Source: Patescibacteria group bacterium (GTDB lineage Bacteria > Patescibacteriota > Minisyncoccia > UBA6257 > 2-01-FULL-56-20). From it: a stretch of 64,000 nt of DNA. Each line of letters opens with the position of its first letter. Positions within the stretch are counted from its first letter, which is position 1. Position numbers and translations under genes: made by a program. Positions 50,292-59,731 of this stretch are shown piece after piece. The notes beneath the pieces are model-generated. The model was not told where the DNA came from and did not search any database. It worked only from the letters and a program-made list of their open reading frames with translations. The DNA lies in assembly GCA_018971305.1 (NCBI GenBank), contig JAGXBC010000001.1:98284-162283 (forward strand), given 5' to 3'.

Positions 50292-50791
50292 GCGAATTTT
50301 TTGATTCGACCTGGGTGTTTAACAGATGACGCGACATATAGATATCTAAAACCCCTAGATCCAGGGCACACGCTCTTGCAAAGATTGACCGAATCTAGCA
50401 GCTTTCGCTCACCCTTTTTCCCTTCCTTATAGGTTGTTACAAAAAGACGGAACTCGGCGATGCCAACCGTGAGCTTCCGAAAATCTTTTAATATATTATC
50501 ATCGTCATTCTGCCTTTCAATCTCGGAGATTAATTTTAATCCCTTTAGATCCCGCCAGTTTTTCCCGAGATCAGCCCAACAAAGATCGAAAAGCCATTCA
50601 CCACTATCGGTATTAAGTTTTTTGGGACCGGATGCAAAAACTTTGTAGTCAAGTTTGTGCCCTAGATTGGTCAAAGACTTCTTTATTGAAAAAGTCCAGG
50701 CCGCCGAGCTTTCCCTATTCTCGTTTTTGCGTCCAGCATGCCGAATCACAGCTACCATTTTATCTTCTATTGGGAAAGAATTTGTAGGCAT
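50279..50791 (-). CDS. Hypothetical protein, co-transcribed partner of the HEPN protein.
   Basis: 170-aa ORF that overlaps the HEPN gene start. Confidence 0.4.
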   Translation of the reverse strand: MPTNSFPIEDKMVAVIRHAGRKNENRESSAAWTFSIKKSLTNLGHKLDYKVFASGPKKLNTDSGEWLFDLCWADLGKNWRDLKGLKLISEIERQNDDDNILKDFRKLTVGIAEFRLFVTTYKEGKKGERKLLDSVNLCKSVCPGSRGFRYLYVASSVKHPGRIKKFAWTV

Positions 50792-50803
50792 GAGGCTAAG
50801 GGT

Positions 50804-51199
50804 TTATAAAAGCCGTGCCGCTGCTTGCACGCTTTTGTCAAAGTTTTTATCGAACTGATGTTCCCAAAATCTGGTTACCCGCCAACCCTTACTTCTCAAT
50901 GCTCGGTTTACGATTTTCGCTCGCTCCTTATTGCCGCGAATTTTTTTCTGCCAATAGCTCCGTTGTGATTTTGGCATTCTACAGTGCCACCTACAGCCGT
51001 GCCAAAAGCACGAATCGAGAAAAATAACCGACTTTTTTCTCTTGGAAACGATGTCCGGCTTTCCAATTAAACTCGCGTGTTGCTGAAACGACTTTCCTTG
51101 TTTCTTCAGGGCTTTGACGATCCCTCTTTCGAGTCTAGTATTCTCGGAACGAATGAGAGACATCACCCCTGAGCGTTGCTTCTTAGTTAGGGTGTCCAT
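50804..51199 (-). CDS. vsr: Very-short-patch repair endonuclease.
   Basis: 131 aa with the Vsr signature IFLDSCFWHGC and a downstream His. Confidence 0.8.
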   Translation of the reverse strand: MDTLTKKQRSGVMSLIRSENTRLERGIVKALKKQGKSFQQHASLIGKPDIVSKRKKSVIFLDSCFWHGCRWHCRMPKSQRSYWQKKIRGNKERAKIVNRALRSKGWRVTRFWEHQFDKNFDKSVQAAARLL

Positions 51200-51202
51200 A
51201 AA

Positions 51203-51712
51203 TTAGGTGCTAAAAACAGTTTTCGTCTGCGAAATGAGATCTTGACTCAAGATGAGATACCAAGCTCGCATCCTCTTTTGCCACTTCCGAAATTTCAGGA
51301 ATTGATCCCATGTAATCTCGATGACTTTCTTGGGTTGGTAGGTCTTATCGATCAAGACAACGATAACGTATTCAAATTTTTTCTCAGGCTGCTGTTCGTC
51401 TTGATCCCCGCAACCATAGAACACACCCGTGACATTCCCTGGTTCAGAGATCGTCTTAACGCTGTAGCGCTCTCCCTTTCTGCTCAACGCATCCACGTTT
51501 TGCGTTCCTTCAGGAGCCGCCTGGAGTTTCGGCAAACTCGGCACTTCATTGTAAATTTTTATTGCCAAAAATTCTCCTCGCTCGCCGACGATGTTCCGCG
51601 TTCTCACTAATCCGCGCTCTTTCAATTTAAGTCCTATATAGGGATAGATGGTCCACATCTCCTCATCGGATAGATTATTAATCTCCCTTTCGAGATCTTC
51701 AATTTTAGGCAT
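51203..51712 (-). CDS. Hypothetical protein between dcm and vsr (possible nuclease or specificity component). The start is set at an internal ATG to give an 8-nt overlap with the dcm stop.
   Basis: The ORF is open from 51847, but upstream of 51712 it would overlap dcm by 142 nt. Confidence 0.4.
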   Translation of the reverse strand: MPKIEDLEREINNLSDEEMWTIYPYIGLKLKERGLVRTRNIVGERGEFLAIKIYNEVPSLPKLQAAPEGTQNVDALSRKGERYSVKTISEPGNVTGVFYGCGDQDEQQPEKKFEYVIVVLIDKTYQPKKVIEITWDQFLKFRKWQKRMRAWYLILSQDLISQTKTVFST

Positions 51713-52934
51713 TGGATTGTCGTTTCCGCTTCGCGGCCAAAACGCGTTCTCCGAAATGTTCTGCAAAGACTTTTGCCAATAAAGGCGGCACCGCGTTCCC
51801 AACGTGTTTTTGTTGCGTATCCATCTTTCCGTAAAAAACGAAGTCATCGTCGAATGATTGAAAGCGAGCCGCTTCTCTCACTGTGATAGCGCGATTGCTT
51901 TCGTAATGCAGGAAGCGGCCGGATCCCGGATTCAGAAAGTGAGCGGTGATAGTTTGGGCTATACCGTCGCGATGCAAACGGCCATAAGCTTGACTGAAAT
52001 ATTCCTGATCTCGCTTTCGATCAAAGCGGCTATTCTTGGGTAAATCTTTATTACTCGACCCCTCTTCGATTTTGTTGATTTTTATCAAGAAGTCTTCTCC
52101 GTGGGATCGTGCCACGTGGTTACAAAGAATCTTTGCTCGTTGCCTGCGGGATGCTTGGTAATCCGTAAATGGGGCGGCGGCATACCCGGTCGCTTCTTGG
52201 CCAGCCTCAATACGCGGTAAGTCGCCGATGGCATCCTCCACAGAAATATACGGCGTTAAAATAGTTCCGAAATCATCCAAGGCAACTTCTTCCAAAATGT
52301 CCTTCGCAAAAGGCAATTTCTTATATCGTAACGGAGGAAAGTCGAGCGGTACGTCGGCAGCATACTTATTTTGAACCGCTGCTATGAGTAAGCGCTTTCT
52401 GAGCTGTGGAACTCCGTAATCATGCGCGATGACCACCTGCATATTTGAGCTATAGCCCATTTTTTCAAGCTCCTCTCGGATCTCGACGATAAATTTGCCC
52501 TTTGCGTATGATGCTGCATTTGGGACGTTTTCGATAAGGACGAAGATGGGTTTCAGCAATCCGACAAAGCGCAAGAATTCTTTCATCAACCTATTGCGCG
52601 GATCGTTGATAATGCGGTCGGATCTATTGGCGGTGAGCGCGGAGAATCCTTGGCATGGCGGTCCACCAACTAGGAAATCGAGTTCTGCCCCGCCGTTTAG
52701 CAGAGCGTTCTTGCGCAATGTTTTCTCATCAAGTTTTCCGATATCGGCCCAGAGGTAAGGCACTGATGGCCTATTTCTCTTGAAGGTAGTGATTGCGTCA
52801 GCATCATGATCGACCAATAAGACTGGTTGGAGTCCCCAATCTTTCGGTAAAAGCGCTTTGCAAAATCCTTCCGTTATACCTCCGACGCCAGCGAATAGGT
52901 CTATGAACGTAAGGGTATGCGCTTCTCTTTTCAT
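51705..52934 (-). CDS. dcm: DNA (cytosine-5)-methyltransferase.
   Basis: 409 aa. Motif I is DLFAGVGG, motif IV is GGPPCQGFS, motif VI is ENV. Confidence 0.9.
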   Translation of the reverse strand: MKREAHTLTFIDLFAGVGGITEGFCKALLPKDWGLQPVLLVDHDADAITTFKRNRPSVPYLWADIGKLDEKTLRKNALLNGGAELDFLVGGPPCQGFSALTANRSDRIINDPRNRLMKEFLRFVGLLKPIFVLIENVPNAASYAKGKFIVEIREELEKMGYSSNMQVVIAHDYGVPQLRKRLLIAAVQNKYAADVPLDFPPLRYKKLPFAKDILEEVALDDFGTILTPYISVEDAIGDLPRIEAGQEATGYAAAPFTDYQASRRQRAKILCNHVARSHGEDFLIKINKIEEGSSNKDLPKNSRFDRKRDQEYFSQAYGRLHRDGIAQTITAHFLNPGSGRFLHYESNRAITVREAARFQSFDDDFVFYGKMDTQQKHVGNAVPPLLAKVFAEHFGERVLAAKRKRQSNA

Positions 52935-54820
52935 AGTTGATTGTTTGGTTCTATTACTTCGTTACTTTTAGATGCCGCCGCAGCTTTCGCGGTTATTTTT
53001 CCGTTAGAGACAAATTTTTCATGGAAAAGAAATGGCTCGAGTTCCTTCGTCGCAGAGTCATGCAATCGCTTGGAAACCTCGTCGAATTTATTGTCGATCT
53101 CGTCGGCGGTTAATTGGGTTCCCCGTTTTTCCATCTCGTGCACGGTTTGCTTCAAAATGATGTCCACGTATCTTTGAAACATATACTCGCGCCACCGAAC
53201 ATGTTCCGTCCCGTAATCCTCGCGGATTTTATGCGCGAGCGGGGCCTGAGTATTAATCCAATACACATTGTGTTCGTAGTCGGCACGGCGCTGATAAACA
53301 AGAGGGTGGCGTGCGTCGCAGTTTACCGTATTGCCCGGACTAAGCGGATCATCGTCAGAGTTAGAAAGGAGAACAAGCGGAAATTTATGGCCTTTGCTTT
53401 TTTGATCTCCAGAACCACTTCCTTCGGTCGTCGATCCGCCATCGCCCTCAGTCTCTCCCTTGCCCATCCCCGCTCCTTGTCCTTCTCGCAGTCCGCCCGC
53501 ATCTCCTGGGTTTGTGCCCGCAAAGATTTCTCCATAAACTTGCGACATAAAACCATTTTTCCATCGGTTCAGAAAATCGTTAAATATCGAGGTGTTCTTA
53601 AGATCAATCTGTTGCTGCTCGAGCTTGGTCCGCTCAACCATTTTATCGGTTAGATCGTTTATTCGTTCGCAAATCCACCAAAGTAGAGCGTCTGTAAGTT
53701 CGGTTTTGGCGAGATGTTCTCGGTCATTCAGCACCAGGTCATTATCAGGGTCCTCTAGAATGGGACACTCACACTCGCCGTATACAAATTCGGTCATTTC
53801 GGAGTTCCGCAAAGCCCCTCCCAGCTCGCTGATCTTATATGACGCGATAATGCCAATATCTTTGCTTTTAAAGTTGATGCAATTGAGCGCGGCGCGATCC
53901 CCGTATCGGTTAAAAGGTTCCTCTGAGGTGAAGAGGGTCAATCCTCCCTTCGGAAATTTTTCGTTAGCTAATGCCACATATTCCTTGCCATACGGCAATT
54001 GCTCTGGAATTTCAAAGGTTACGGGATCTTCGAATCCAAACTTCGGCTTTATAACCTCCGGCTCGAGACGCATGAGATCGCCATTGTCCAGCACACCGTA
54101 CACCAATTTCGTTTGCACGATATTTCGCGCCTGAGGATGAACCCGCAAGCGGTACAGTAAGTTGTTATATTTTCTCATCCCGACATTTTCCGGCTTGGTG
54201 CCACTAATCACAGTGAAGCGGATGTCCTTAAGACGGAATCGTTCCTGAAGCGCGTCCGTTTCGGGGAGTTTCAAAAGCTGGGGGATCAAATCAGCGATGC
54301 CAGCTATCTTGAATGCTTCTTCCGGTTTTACTTTTTTATCTTCAAATCCATTTAAGAAGCCATAGTCTTTGTCCTCGTCGAATCCAAAGATGTTCAGATG
54401 ACCATTGCGATACGTGATGAATCGGCTCGTCTGAAACATCTGGCGCATATAGAATTTTCCGCCGTTTCCATGTCCGCCGTACGTTTTCAACTCTTTCAGC
54501 CCCTGCTTTGCAGCCATGCGATCGAACCAGCGAGCGAAATTATCGTTGATGACCTTGTGTGTTGTTCCTGAAAAATCTATACATTCGAAACGAATTGGGT
54601 CTGTTTTGGTCTTGCTTCGGAACCGAACCACAATGACTTGCTCGGAATCTGGAATGTGAATTTTCTGCGCGGCCCCGTCCCTTAAGTAAGCGTCAACAGA
54701 GTTTTTGAGCCATTCCGCGAGCCCCTTTACATGATCGAATCTGAAGCTCTTGCCAAACATGTCAAGCGCGCTCTTCGCGTCTATGACGGCTTCGATCTTA
54801 TTGATCTTGGGATTTTTCAT
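52931..54820 (-). CDS. GHKL-superfamily (histidine-kinase/MutL/MORC-like) ATPase with a long C-terminal region.
   Basis: An N-box-like AEWLKNSVDAY, a G1/G2-like NGDLM...G.G, and a C-terminal Gly/acidic low-complexity linker. ~629 aa from an internal ATG. The ORF is open to 54883, but that would overlap the upstream gene by 62 nt. Confidence 0.55.
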   Translation of the reverse strand: MKNPKINKIEAVIDAKSALDMFGKSFRFDHVKGLAEWLKNSVDAYLRDGAAQKIHIPDSEQVIVVRFRSKTKTDPIRFECIDFSGTTHKVINDNFARWFDRMAAKQGLKELKTYGGHGNGGKFYMRQMFQTSRFITYRNGHLNIFGFDEDKDYGFLNGFEDKKVKPEEAFKIAGIADLIPQLLKLPETDALQERFRLKDIRFTVISGTKPENVGMRKYNNLLYRLRVHPQARNIVQTKLVYGVLDNGDLMRLEPEVIKPKFGFEDPVTFEIPEQLPYGKEYVALANEKFPKGGLTLFTSEEPFNRYGDRAALNCINFKSKDIGIIASYKISELGGALRNSEMTEFVYGECECPILEDPDNDLVLNDREHLAKTELTDALLWWICERINDLTDKMVERTKLEQQQIDLKNTSIFNDFLNRWKNGFMSQVYGEIFAGTNPGDAGGLREGQGAGMGKGETEGDGGSTTEGSGSGDQKSKGHKFPLVLLSNSDDDPLSPGNTVNCDARHPLVYQRRADYEHNVYWINTQAPLAHKIREDYGTEHVRWREYMFQRYVDIILKQTVHEMEKRGTQLTADEIDNKFDEVSKRLHDSATKELEPFLFHEKFVSNGKITAKAAAASKSNEVIEPNNQL

Positions 54821-54821
54821 G

Positions 54822-55424
54822 TTATTTTTGGGGGATGATAGTTTTAAATTTTTCATCAGTAAGTAAATATTTATTAAGATCATTCAAGATTTTAAACCGA
54901 GGATTGCCCGAAAAGATGCGTCGAGCGTTTTCGATCGCGGAGCTGATGACCGCAATACGACCCAAAAATTCGTTTTTGCCAGTTCGAACCGTCACGCTGT
55001 AAAACGCGTAGATGTCGCTATCCAAAATTTTCTCCTTTTCGCCGCCTTCATAAAGCTTGAAGGCGTCTGATTGAAATAATTTATCGGCTTCTGCCTGCTC
55101 GTCTCTGCCGAGCCGCTCTGTTCGAGTTTTCTCCACCTGGTCGCCGCTAATTTTTGAGACGAGAGGCCCAATGTAAGCAAGGCCATGTTCAGTAAGCGAA
55201 AAGAATTTATTTGCCGTTCTAATAAAACCCTTGCTTTTCAAAGGTCCATAAAGTGGCTTATGAATATCCGAAGAATCGGGGTATTCGTAACCGCGCAGAC
55301 TGAAATCCTCTGGAAATTTTTTCCACACCGCGACAACGATGTCCTCGTATTTAAGGGGCTTCGTCGATCCCTGCGATAGGTCGTACATAGCAACTAGTAT
55401 TTTGTCGCGAACTGATAACGCCAT
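54822..55424 (-). CDS. Hypothetical protein (possible wHTH), first large gene of the GHKL-Dcm-Vsr cassette.
   Basis: 200-aa ORF with translational coupling to the GHKL gene. Confidence 0.4.
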   Translation of the reverse strand: MALSVRDKILVAMYDLSQGSTKPLKYEDIVVAVWKKFPEDFSLRGYEYPDSSDIHKPLYGPLKSKGFIRTANKFFSLTEHGLAYIGPLVSKISGDQVEKTRTERLGRDEQAEADKLFQSDAFKLYEGGEKEKILDSDIYAFYSVTVRTGKNEFLGRIAVISSAIENARRIFSGNPRFKILNDLNKYLLTDEKFKTIIPQK

Positions 55425-55429
55425 TTGGG

Positions 55430-55675
55430 TTATAGTTTAAAGTCTTTGTTTTTAGGATAGTGAAATTTCGCTTTGACGTCTTTTACACGTCGATCGATTT
55501 CGGAAAATATTTTGTTGATATCTTCTTCGGTGTATTCATATGCGCTGCGATTAGAACAGTTTCCAAGAACTTTCAACCGCCGGAGAATGGCGTTGGTTCT
55601 AAGAGTCGCAAGCCTTTTGAACCTTTCTCTCTTCGCTTCTTTCGGGAAATTTTTTTCCATATATTCTATATACAA
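55430..55675 (-). CDS. Small hypothetical basic protein.
   Basis: 81-aa ORF, 5 nt upstream of the next gene on the same strand. Confidence 0.35.
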   Translation of the reverse strand: MYIEYMEKNFPKEAKRERFKRLATLRTNAILRRLKVLGNCSNRSAYEYTEEDINKIFSEIDRRVKDVKAKFHYPKNKDFKL

Positions 55676-55895
55676 TAGGATACCTTTATTTGCAAGGGCG
55701 ACACATATGTACTTATAGTAATGCGCTATTTCAAAAAGTCAAGTTTGCGTTGGGGATAAACATCCCGATGCCGGATTCCATCGTCACATTGATTTTTCAT
55801 AATAACTCATTTTCCGAGCACTTTCATAGATTGAATATTAGATCTCACAACTTAAAACTCCTCTTCGCGAGGAGCTTTAAGTTTTTCTTTTTCTC

Positions 55896-56477
55896 TTACT
55901 GCAGCTGTATGTCCACCGGCTGCCCAAAGGAAAAGAGCGGCTGGTAATGGAGAATCATCTTCGCAGTGGCATTACTCGGCACCTCGAAGACCATATCTCC
56001 CGTGACGCTGCCGCCGGGGGCAAGTTCGCTGGCCGCCGAGTCAAGCTTGTTGAGCCCTATACCCGCCGTGATTGCTTCATCGTGCAGGGCACCGTTCGCA
56101 TCCTGCAGCTTGAAACCCCACATGCCGGAGACGCTCAAATTGCCCGTTCCTTGATTCGTCATCGATACCGTGACGACCACGAAGACGTCGCTTGGGTTCT
56201 GCGGCGTGTCAAACTGGTTGGAACTGTGCCAGTTTTTGTTCACCTTCGTGACCGAGAGCACCGTATCGCCCTGCTTGATCTGGTCGCCGACGTTGAAAAC
56301 CTGCGGCTGGTTACTTGGCGCTTGCGCTCCGGCGGTCGTATTTCCGTTTTCGCCGACCTTCTGCGGGGCACTATTACTCCCGCTCACTCCCGCGATGATA
56401 AGGATCACGATAACGACCAAGCCCCAGAACCACCACTGCTTATAGAATTTCTTTTTTGGCTTTTCAGAGTTTTCCAT
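55896..56477 (-). CDS. DUF4352-like membrane-anchored beta-sandwich protein.
   Basis: MENSEKPKKKFYKQWWFWGLVVIVILIIAGV is a TM anchor followed by a soluble domain. The ORF is open to 56534. Confidence 0.45.
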   Translation of the reverse strand: MENSEKPKKKFYKQWWFWGLVVIVILIIAGVSGSNSAPQKVGENGNTTAGAQAPSNQPQVFNVGDQIKQGDTVLSVTKVNKNWHSSNQFDTPQNPSDVFVVVTVSMTNQGTGNLSVSGMWGFKLQDANGALHDEAITAGIGLNKLDSAASELAPGGSVTGDMVFEVPSNATAKMILHYQPLFSFGQPVDIQLQ

Positions 56478-56663
56478 AGTATTAGCTGTTTTTATTTCGA
56501 CCTTTCGGGATTTGCTATTTTCTTCCCAAAACAATTGATGACGCCTGGGCGGCGGAAGTCCATAGCCTCAAAACCGCCGCGCTGGCTTCACGAATCGCGC
56601 CAGACTGACCACTCCAGCTTATCATAATATCTAAAATTTGGATATTGGTTTTCTGGATATAGC

Positions 56664-56894
56664 GTGAGAGGTATGGTGAAATCAATCCAGACGAAGGAAT
56701 ATGCCCTGCTCGTGGAACGACTGCGAAAGGCGAGGATAGGAGCCGGGCTTACCCAGGCGCAAATCGCCAAGAAGATCGGACGACCGCAGTCCCATATTTC
56801 GAATATTGAATCGGGGCAGCAACGGATTGACGTAGTCGAGTTGAAACGGTTCGCGGAGTTGTACGGGAAAAACATTAAATTCTTCATAAAGTAA
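56664..56894 (+). CDS. XRE-family helix-turn-helix transcriptional regulator.
   Basis: ...LTQAQIAKKIGRPQSHISNIESGQQ... is a classic Cro/C1 HTH. 76 aa. Confidence 0.75.
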   Translation: MRGMVKSIQTKEYALLVERLRKARIGAGLTQAQIAKKIGRPQSHISNIESGQQRIDVVELKRFAELYGKNIKFFIK

Positions 56895-56962
56895 GCAAGG
56901 TGGTCTCCAATGAAAAAAGAGCATCTCGTAGATGCTCTTTTTTCTACCGCTGCGGTTCCGTC

Positions 56963-57685
56963 CTATTTCGGCCGCGGTCCTTGCCACGATGGCCGATAAC
57001 CATCTTTCGGCACCTCGAGGCGCGGAACGGGCGCAAAGACCTGCGGGGTCACTGTGATCGTACCGCTGTCGCTCGGCGGGTTCGTTGGGTTCGCCCTCGG
57101 CAGGAGATCGATTGGCTTAGTCGTGTCATTCGAACGTGGCGCAGGCGGCGCCGATTCGGTTGCCGGTAGCTCCTGCGATGACGTGCCCGAGGGATCGCTC
57201 TTTGCGCCGCCCGCGATGATCCCGCGCAACGCCGCCGGAATCGGTTTCGCCTTCGGCGCCGGGATGCTGATCCTCGGCAATGCCGTGCCTGATGGCGATG
57301 ACGATTCCTGCCTGCCCGCTTCCGCTTGGGCATCAGCGGGAGGCTTCGCGCCTTGGCCGGCACTTGCGCTTGCAGAGGCCGACTGCCGCAAGAGCAGCGG
57401 GTTCACTTCGTCCCGCATCTCCCATGTCGGCATGCCAATGGCGAGGGCGATGTCGTTGTAGGGAATATCCACGGTAAAAGGGTCCGGAGCGATATCCGTC
57501 TTCGGGTCGGTGCTGACCGCTTGGATGTCGAGGTGCCTCGTCGGCGGTTCTTGCGCCGTTGTTGTAACCTCCGGTTGCTCCGCTTCCGCTTCACTTGCGG
57601 CAACTGCCTGAGCTTTACCGCCTATGAGCCATTCGCCGAACCGAACAAAGAAGCGTCCGGCCAAATTCAATATGTTGTTAAACAT
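56963..57685 (-). CDS. Hypothetical Ala/Pro-rich protein at the distal end of the GC-rich phage-like segment.
   Basis: 240-aa ORF in a ~60% GC region. Low-complexity sequence. Confidence 0.4.
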   Translation of the reverse strand: MFNNILNLAGRFFVRFGEWLIGGKAQAVAASEAEAEQPEVTTTAQEPPTRHLDIQAVSTDPKTDIAPDPFTVDIPYNDIALAIGMPTWEMRDEVNPLLLRQSASASASAGQGAKPPADAQAEAGRQESSSPSGTALPRISIPAPKAKPIPAALRGIIAGGAKSDPSGTSSQELPATESAPPAPRSNDTTKPIDLLPRANPTNPPSDSGTITVTPQVFAPVPRLEVPKDGYRPSWQGPRPK

Positions 57686-57699
57686 GATTGAAAATATAA

Positions 57700-59322
57700 T
57701 TAGGTTTGGTCGACCTTTGGTTCCGGTAATGGTGGCGAAGAAGTGGGGCGCGAGCCAAAGCCTTGCGCGGAAGCATTGTCCAGGAGATCAATGGGATCAA
57801 CGGAATAACTTTCGGCGGGCTTGGAGCTGCGGTTTTTGTCGCCGCAGACGGTTTCAATTTCGCCGGTATCCAGGTCAAGCGTCCACATGCCCGCGAATTG
57901 CACGTCCTGGCCGATCGTGGCGTGGGCGAGAATCGTAAACGCGTCCACTTGATCGTCGTAGCGTTCCACGCCGAATCCCACGAGCTGCTGCTCAAGGGTT
58001 TCCGTCCGCGGCTTTTGGGGAAAAAGAATCCTGCCGATGCGGATGAGGCCCGCCACCGTGGAAAGCCGGGCGCGTTTGTCGGTTGTGGCCGGGACCCCGA
58101 TCACCGGGAGCCCCATGGCGGCGAGCCGCTCAATGAGCATCTGCTGGTACTGCACCTTCTCAATGCGCAGTTCAACAGCGCCGTAGAGCGCGGCGTATTT
58201 CTCATAGAGCGCCTTCAGGGCGTTCACGACGTCTTCGGAGTTCATGCGCCGGTTCACCGTCTCTATGATGTAGGCACGGAACGCGTCCCCGTGGCCCGCG
58301 AAAAGGCCCACCGCGATCCCGGTATAGTCCGCGCTGCTTTTCGTGCTGATCGCGGGGTCGCAGGCGATCACCACTTTCAGGATCTCCTTCGCGGGAAGTT
58401 CGCTCCAACGCTGGAACCAGTCCGGGAAGACGAGCCGGTCCTCGTTCGCAATAATGCGGAGACCGTACTCGCGTTCCCAGGTCGCCTCGTCGCCGATTTT
58501 CTTTTTGAACGCGTCAAGCGATTCCGCCGTGGGGAATTTTTCCGGCCACTGGCAGACGCCTTCGTCGTCCACGAGCGGAAAGCGGCGGAAGACGCCCCTG
58601 CGGTCGCCTTTCACAATCTGTTCCTTGAGGCGGCCGAGGAGCGAATATTCATTCAGGAAATTCCCGAGGACGTACACCTTCGTTTCGGGCGTGCCGAGGG
58701 GAATGATCTCGGAGTTAAAGAATTCATACGTTTGATCGCGCGATTCCTTCACGCGGGTGTTCTGCAAATTTTCGAGGTCGTCACAGATAATCAGGTCTGG
58801 GCGGTAATGCCGGTAGCGCAGTCCGCGCACCGCCTGCTCCGAGGAGAGCGCGACGATCCGCGCGTCAAATTTCTTGAATGTCATCCCGAGCGCGGTGCGT
58901 TCGTCGCCGTCCATGTCGATCGGTCCGAAATCGTTGCGGAGCAGCGGCGATGCGAGCGCCATGCGGATGTTTGAGAAGTGCTGTTTTGACTGGTGCAGGG
59001 TTTCACTGATAATCGTGATAAAGTGCGCCCGGCCGCTCAGAATTGACCACAGGGAGAGCGAGGTGTTGAAGATGGCGGACTTCCCGCTGTTGCGAAAACC
59101 CGCCACGATGCAGAGGTCGCTCGCATTCGCTTCCGTGAGCGCGAACATTTCCTTGTGGAATTGTCCCATCGGGTCCTTGAGGTAGTCCGCCAAATAGATG
59201 TTGAAGAAGAGCGGGTGCGACCACTGGCCGAGCTTGCGCCGCAAAAGGCGGCTCTTCCGAATGACATCAATGAAGAAATTGAACTTGTCTGCGTTGTTGC
59301 TGGGGGCTGGTAAAAGATTCAT
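57700..59322 (-). CDS. Phage terminase large subunit.
   Basis: 540 aa. Walker A-like AGFRNSGKS, Walker B LIICDDLEN, and a C-terminal RNaseH-like nuclease region. Directly downstream of a small-terminase-like gene. Confidence 0.7.
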   Translation of the reverse strand: MNLLPAPSNNADKFNFFIDVIRKSRLLRRKLGQWSHPLFFNIYLADYLKDPMGQFHKEMFALTEANASDLCIVAGFRNSGKSAIFNTSLSLWSILSGRAHFITIISETLHQSKQHFSNIRMALASPLLRNDFGPIDMDGDERTALGMTFKKFDARIVALSSEQAVRGLRYRHYRPDLIICDDLENLQNTRVKESRDQTYEFFNSEIIPLGTPETKVYVLGNFLNEYSLLGRLKEQIVKGDRRGVFRRFPLVDDEGVCQWPEKFPTAESLDAFKKKIGDEATWEREYGLRIIANEDRLVFPDWFQRWSELPAKEILKVVIACDPAISTKSSADYTGIAVGLFAGHGDAFRAYIIETVNRRMNSEDVVNALKALYEKYAALYGAVELRIEKVQYQQMLIERLAAMGLPVIGVPATTDKRARLSTVAGLIRIGRILFPQKPRTETLEQQLVGFGVERYDDQVDAFTILAHATIGQDVQFAGMWTLDLDTGEIETVCGDKNRSSKPAESYSVDPIDLLDNASAQGFGSRPTSSPPLPEPKVDQT

Positions 59323-59326
59323 GTTT

Positions 59327-59731
59327 TTATTTTTGGATCATGAGGTTTATGTAATTTGCGGGGAATCCTGCTAAGCGGAGCGCTTCGCGAAGGAGTTCGA
59401 CTTCTTCGGGAGTCAACTCTTCGCGCAGATCAACGGTCCCTGAAAGCTCCAGCCGGTTGCGGTACTCGTCCTTGTTGTTCTTGAGCCAAAAAATGGCTGC
59501 ATTCAGTTTCCCTTGTTTGATCGCCTGGATAATTTGACTCTCCGCCGCGTCGTTCACGAGGTTCTTGCCGTCGAGCTGCGCTTCGTCGGCCTCCTTCGCG
59601 AACGCGGGGTCCTCCTGCTTGCGGCGGTAGAACGTCCGCCTGCTGATGCCCGCCTTCGCGCACGCCGACTCTATGACCGGCGACCTCCGCAGCGCGTCGA
59701 GAATGATTTGTTTTTCTTCGTCGCGGGTCAT
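59327..59731 (-). CDS. Phage terminase small subunit-like DNA-binding protein. The start is set at an internal ATG, and the ORF is open to 59869.
   Basis: MTRDEEKQIILDALRR...GISRRTFYRRKQ is an HTH. It abuts terL, and its start overlaps the stop of the upstream gene at 59731. Confidence 0.55.
   Translation of the reverse strand: MTRDEEKQIILDALRRSPVIESACAKAGISRRTFYRRKQEDPAFAKEADEAQLDGKNLVNDAAESQIIQAIKQGKLNAAIFWLKNNKDEYRNRLELSGTVDLREELTPEEVELLREALRLAGFPANYINLMIQK

Noticed and set aside
51713-51847. Longer version of the 170-aa ORF, overlapping dcm by 142 nt.
   Set aside because: Such a long same-strand overlap with the conserved Dcm C-terminus is unlikely. An internal ATG gives the 8-nt coupling overlap that the rest of the cassette shows.
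57763-58974. 403-aa plus-strand ORF.
   Set aside because: It is antisense to the terminase large subunit in a GC-rich segment, where long spurious antisense ORFs are expected. It has low-complexity Arg/Gly/Ala-rich composition, whereas the minus-strand frame has Walker A and B motifs.
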